A DNA stretch of 64,000 nt from an uncultured Chloroflexia bacterium. Its GTDB lineage: Bacteria > Chloroflexota > Limnocylindria > Limnocylindrales > CSP1-4. The notes below the pieces were generated by a model, which had not been told where the DNA came from, did not search any database, and saw only the letters and a list, made by a program, of their open reading frames with translations. The number at the start of each line of letters is the position of its first letter. The stretch's first letter is position 1. Of this stretch, positions 61,863 through 64,000 are shown one piece after another. A program made the translations under genes and the position numbers. The stretch is from the NCBI GenBank assembly GCA_963703155.1, contig OY969796.1:2070476-2134475 (forward strand), given 5' to 3'.

Positions 61863-63220
61863 TGCTCGGGGTGGGGCGGCGCGGGCCGCTGGGTCGCGAT
61901 GCGGGGCCGGACGTCGGTGGCGGAGCGTCTGGCGGGCCACCGGGGCTCGACGAGCACGACGCGTGGGTTGTCCTGGCGGGAGCCCGGGGTGTCGGCCCGG
62001 TGAGCTTCGAGCGCCTGCTCCGGACCTTCGGCACCGCGGCCGCCGTGTTGAGCGTCGCTTCCGGGCCGAGTGCCGTGCCGAGGCTCGTGGAGGCGTCGGC
62101 GGGACCGGACGCCCCGCCAGCGCTGACCGCGGCGGCGGCGGCCACGGTCATCGAGGCGGCGGCCGAACCGGAGCATGCGCTCGCGGCGGTGCGGCGAGCG
62201 GGCGTAACCGTGCTCACACAGCGCGACGAGGCGTATCCAGCCCGGCTCCGGCAGATCGAGCTGCCGCCGCCGGTGCTGTTCGTGAAGGGCGAGGTGGCGG
62301 CCCTGTCGCCCGCCCATGCCGTGGCGTTGGTCGGCACACGGCGGCCGACCGCGATCGGGCGTGCGACAGCAGGGAGGATCGCGGAGGCGGTCGGCGCGCA
62401 CGGCGCGTCGGTGGTGTCGGGGCTCGCCTACGGGATCGATTCCGCCGCCCACCATGCTGCGGTGCGCCGCGGCGTTCCAACCGTGGCTGTGATGGGCGGC
62501 GGCCATGAGCACCTCTATCCGACGGGGAACCGCGGCCTCGCCGCCGGGATCGTCGCGGGCGGGGGTGCGGTGGTCTCCGAGTTCGCGCCCGACGTTGCGC
62601 CCAGCCGCGGCACGTTCCCGCGGCGGAACCGGATCATCAGCGGTCTGTCGGACGCCACCATCGTGGTCGAGGCCGGGGCGCGGAGTGGCGCGCTCACGAC
62701 CGCCGCATGGGCTCTCGAGCAGGGCCGCGCCCTGTTCATCGTTCCCGGTCGCCTTGACGACCCGGCAGTCGCGGGCTCGCTCGCGTTCTTGCGCGAGGCG
62801 GGTCCGGAGGCCAGGGTCGTCGCCGGGATCGCGGAATTGGTGGAGGACCTCGGGCTTGAGGAGGTTGTGCTCCCCTACAGCCCGGTCACGGCGCGACAGG
62901 CGAGTGCCGCAGCCGGTCTCGGCGCCGCGGAGGCACTGGTGGCGGGAGCGTTGAAGCGCGGCGCCGGCAGCCCGGACGAGCTGGTCGTGGCCACCGGCCT
63001 GCCCGGCGCCGCCATCCTCGCGGCGCTGACGACCCTCGAGCTCCGAGGGCTCGTGGTCGAGGTCCTGGGCCGCTACCAGCCCTCCGGGCGGATCGCCGAT
63101 CACCCGAGGCGGCTGCCCCGGAGAATGGGCCAAGCGACCGCCGGGAGGCCTGCCGAGTCGATGAAGCACGGACCCGAAGGCGCCTCAGGGCTGCCCGGAG
63201 CCGGCCGCCGTGGCGGATGA
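61862..63220 (+). CDS. dprA: DNA processing protein DprA/Smf
   Basis: YPARL, VGTR, VSGLAYGID, FPRRNRIISG, VEAG.RSGAL.TA, C-terminal wHTH. Confidence 0.95.
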   Translation: MLGVGRRGPLGRDAGPDVGGGASGGPPGLDEHDAWVVLAGARGVGPVSFERLLRTFGTAAAVLSVASGPSAVPRLVEASAGPDAPPALTAAAAATVIEAAAEPEHALAAVRRAGVTVLTQRDEAYPARLRQIELPPPVLFVKGEVAALSPAHAVALVGTRRPTAIGRATAGRIAEAVGAHGASVVSGLAYGIDSAAHHAAVRRGVPTVAVMGGGHEHLYPTGNRGLAAGIVAGGGAVVSEFAPDVAPSRGTFPRRNRIISGLSDATIVVEAGARSGALTTAAWALEQGRALFIVPGRLDDPAVAGSLAFLREAGPEARVVAGIAELVEDLGLEEVVLPYSPVTARQASAAAGLGAAEALVAGALKRGAGSPDELVVATGLPGAAILAALTTLELRGLVVEVLGRYQPSGRIADHPRRLPRRMGQATAGRPAESMKHGPEGASGLPGAGRRGG

Positions 63221-63462
63221 TCCCGGGCGGACCGGAGGCCTCATGGCCGACGAGGCGGCACGCGCGCGGGTTGGATCGGCACGCACCGCGAGGCCCGAGG
63301 CGCGTCTGGTGTCGGCCCGCGACCGGCACGGAGGTGGACTCGCCCTTGATCGCGGTGTTACCCTCCCGCCAGCCCTGAGGGTCGTGCGCGCGGTCTCCGG
63401 GGCTGTTGGCGCCGGCGTGTCCCCCCGGCCGTCACGGAACTGACGCAATGGAGGACGACCGA

Positions 63463-64000
63463 TTGCGGAAGCTCGGCCCCACCCTGCTCGCACTGCCTGT
63501 GATTGGGCTCGTCTACTTGGCACTCGCGGTCAAGTCGGCGGGTCGCTTCCGGGCCCTCGGGTTCGTCGGTGTCGCCGGGCTCATCGCCCTCGCCCTGATG
63601 ACCGGCTCTCGGCCCGCGCCGAGCACGGCCACCGTACCGTCGGTGCCGCGCCTCGTGGCCGCGCAGCTGCTGGATGCCGTGGTGACCGACCATGGCCTCA
63701 CGTCGCCGATCACGATCGGCTTCGACGCGCCCATGGACGGTCCCTCCGTTGCCGCCGCCCTGCGGATGACGCCTGAGGCGGGGGTCACGTTCTCCTGGGA
63801 CAGCGCCGGCCGGACGCTCTCCCTCGCGCCCGTGAAGGCCTGGGCGCCGGACACCCTCTACACGATCACCGTTGACGCGACGGCGCGCGCCTCCGATGGC
63901 GGGGCGCTCTCCTCTCCGGTCCGGGTGGTGATCCTGACCGCCAAGGCCGGCACCGCGACCCTGGGCCCCACCATGACGATCGCCACCCGCGTGGCCGTCG
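63463..64000 (+). CDS. Membrane-anchored Ig-like (Big_5/SbsA-type) domain protein, partial (runs off the window)
   Basis: TTG 63463 (SD GGAGG) or ATG 63448; TM helices, then PITIGFDAPMD.PSV...W...TL...P...W.PDT.YTITV. Confidence 0.75.
   Translation, partial: MRKLGPTLLALPVIGLVYLALAVKSAGRFRALGFVGVAGLIALALMTGSRPAPSTATVPSVPRLVAAQLLDAVVTDHGLTSPITIGFDAPMDGPSVAAALRMTPEAGVTFSWDSAGRTLSLAPVKAWAPDTLYTITVDATARASDGGALSSPVRVVILTAKAGTATLGPTMTIATRVAV

Noticed and set aside
63358..63447. c-di-AMP or other riboswitch upstream of the Ig-domain gene
   Set aside because: Three small hairpins are present but there is no recognisable consensus; hairpins are expected at this GC content.

Overview
High-GC (roughly 70-75% by eye) bacterial chromosome segment. 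Gene content and style suggest a monoderm soil or sediment lineage, such as Chloroflexota of the Limnocylindria/Ellin6529 type or an actinobacterium-like organism; this is inference, not a search result. It holds about 55 mostly housekeeping or accessory CDS: pspA with a TPM gene, rarA, a UvrD-PD(D/E)XK helicase-nuclease with an orphan DNA methyltransferase, a ureohydrolase, murI, ychF, an MrfAB-like repair pair, an ftsB-like gene, ftsH, ppa, thpR, trpB2, tyrA, nfeD-SPFH and comM-dprA, plus one tRNA(CAT). No integrase, transposase or cas gene was recognised. Main observations: (1) an ~11 kb LacI regulon (27.8-38.9 kb) with three matching operators, combining a polyamine-type ABC importer, IolG- and IolE-like enzymes, a Zn-dehydrogenase, an LLM oxidoreductase and a KdnA-like DegT aminotransferase, read here as a candidate aminocyclitol catabolic pathway; (2) about 15 genes with a -10 box 6-7 nt before the start codon, suggesting leaderless mRNAs; (3) a 52-bp-period hairpin repeat array with dispersed relatives that vary in the stem; (4) two REC-MinD/CpaE paralogues with reciprocal motif loss; (5) a DnaB C-terminal-only ATPase, a small Zn-ribbon/Arg-repeat protein and a structured leader upstream of the ureohydrolase. 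Two genes carry single-base frameshifts that may be assembly errors.
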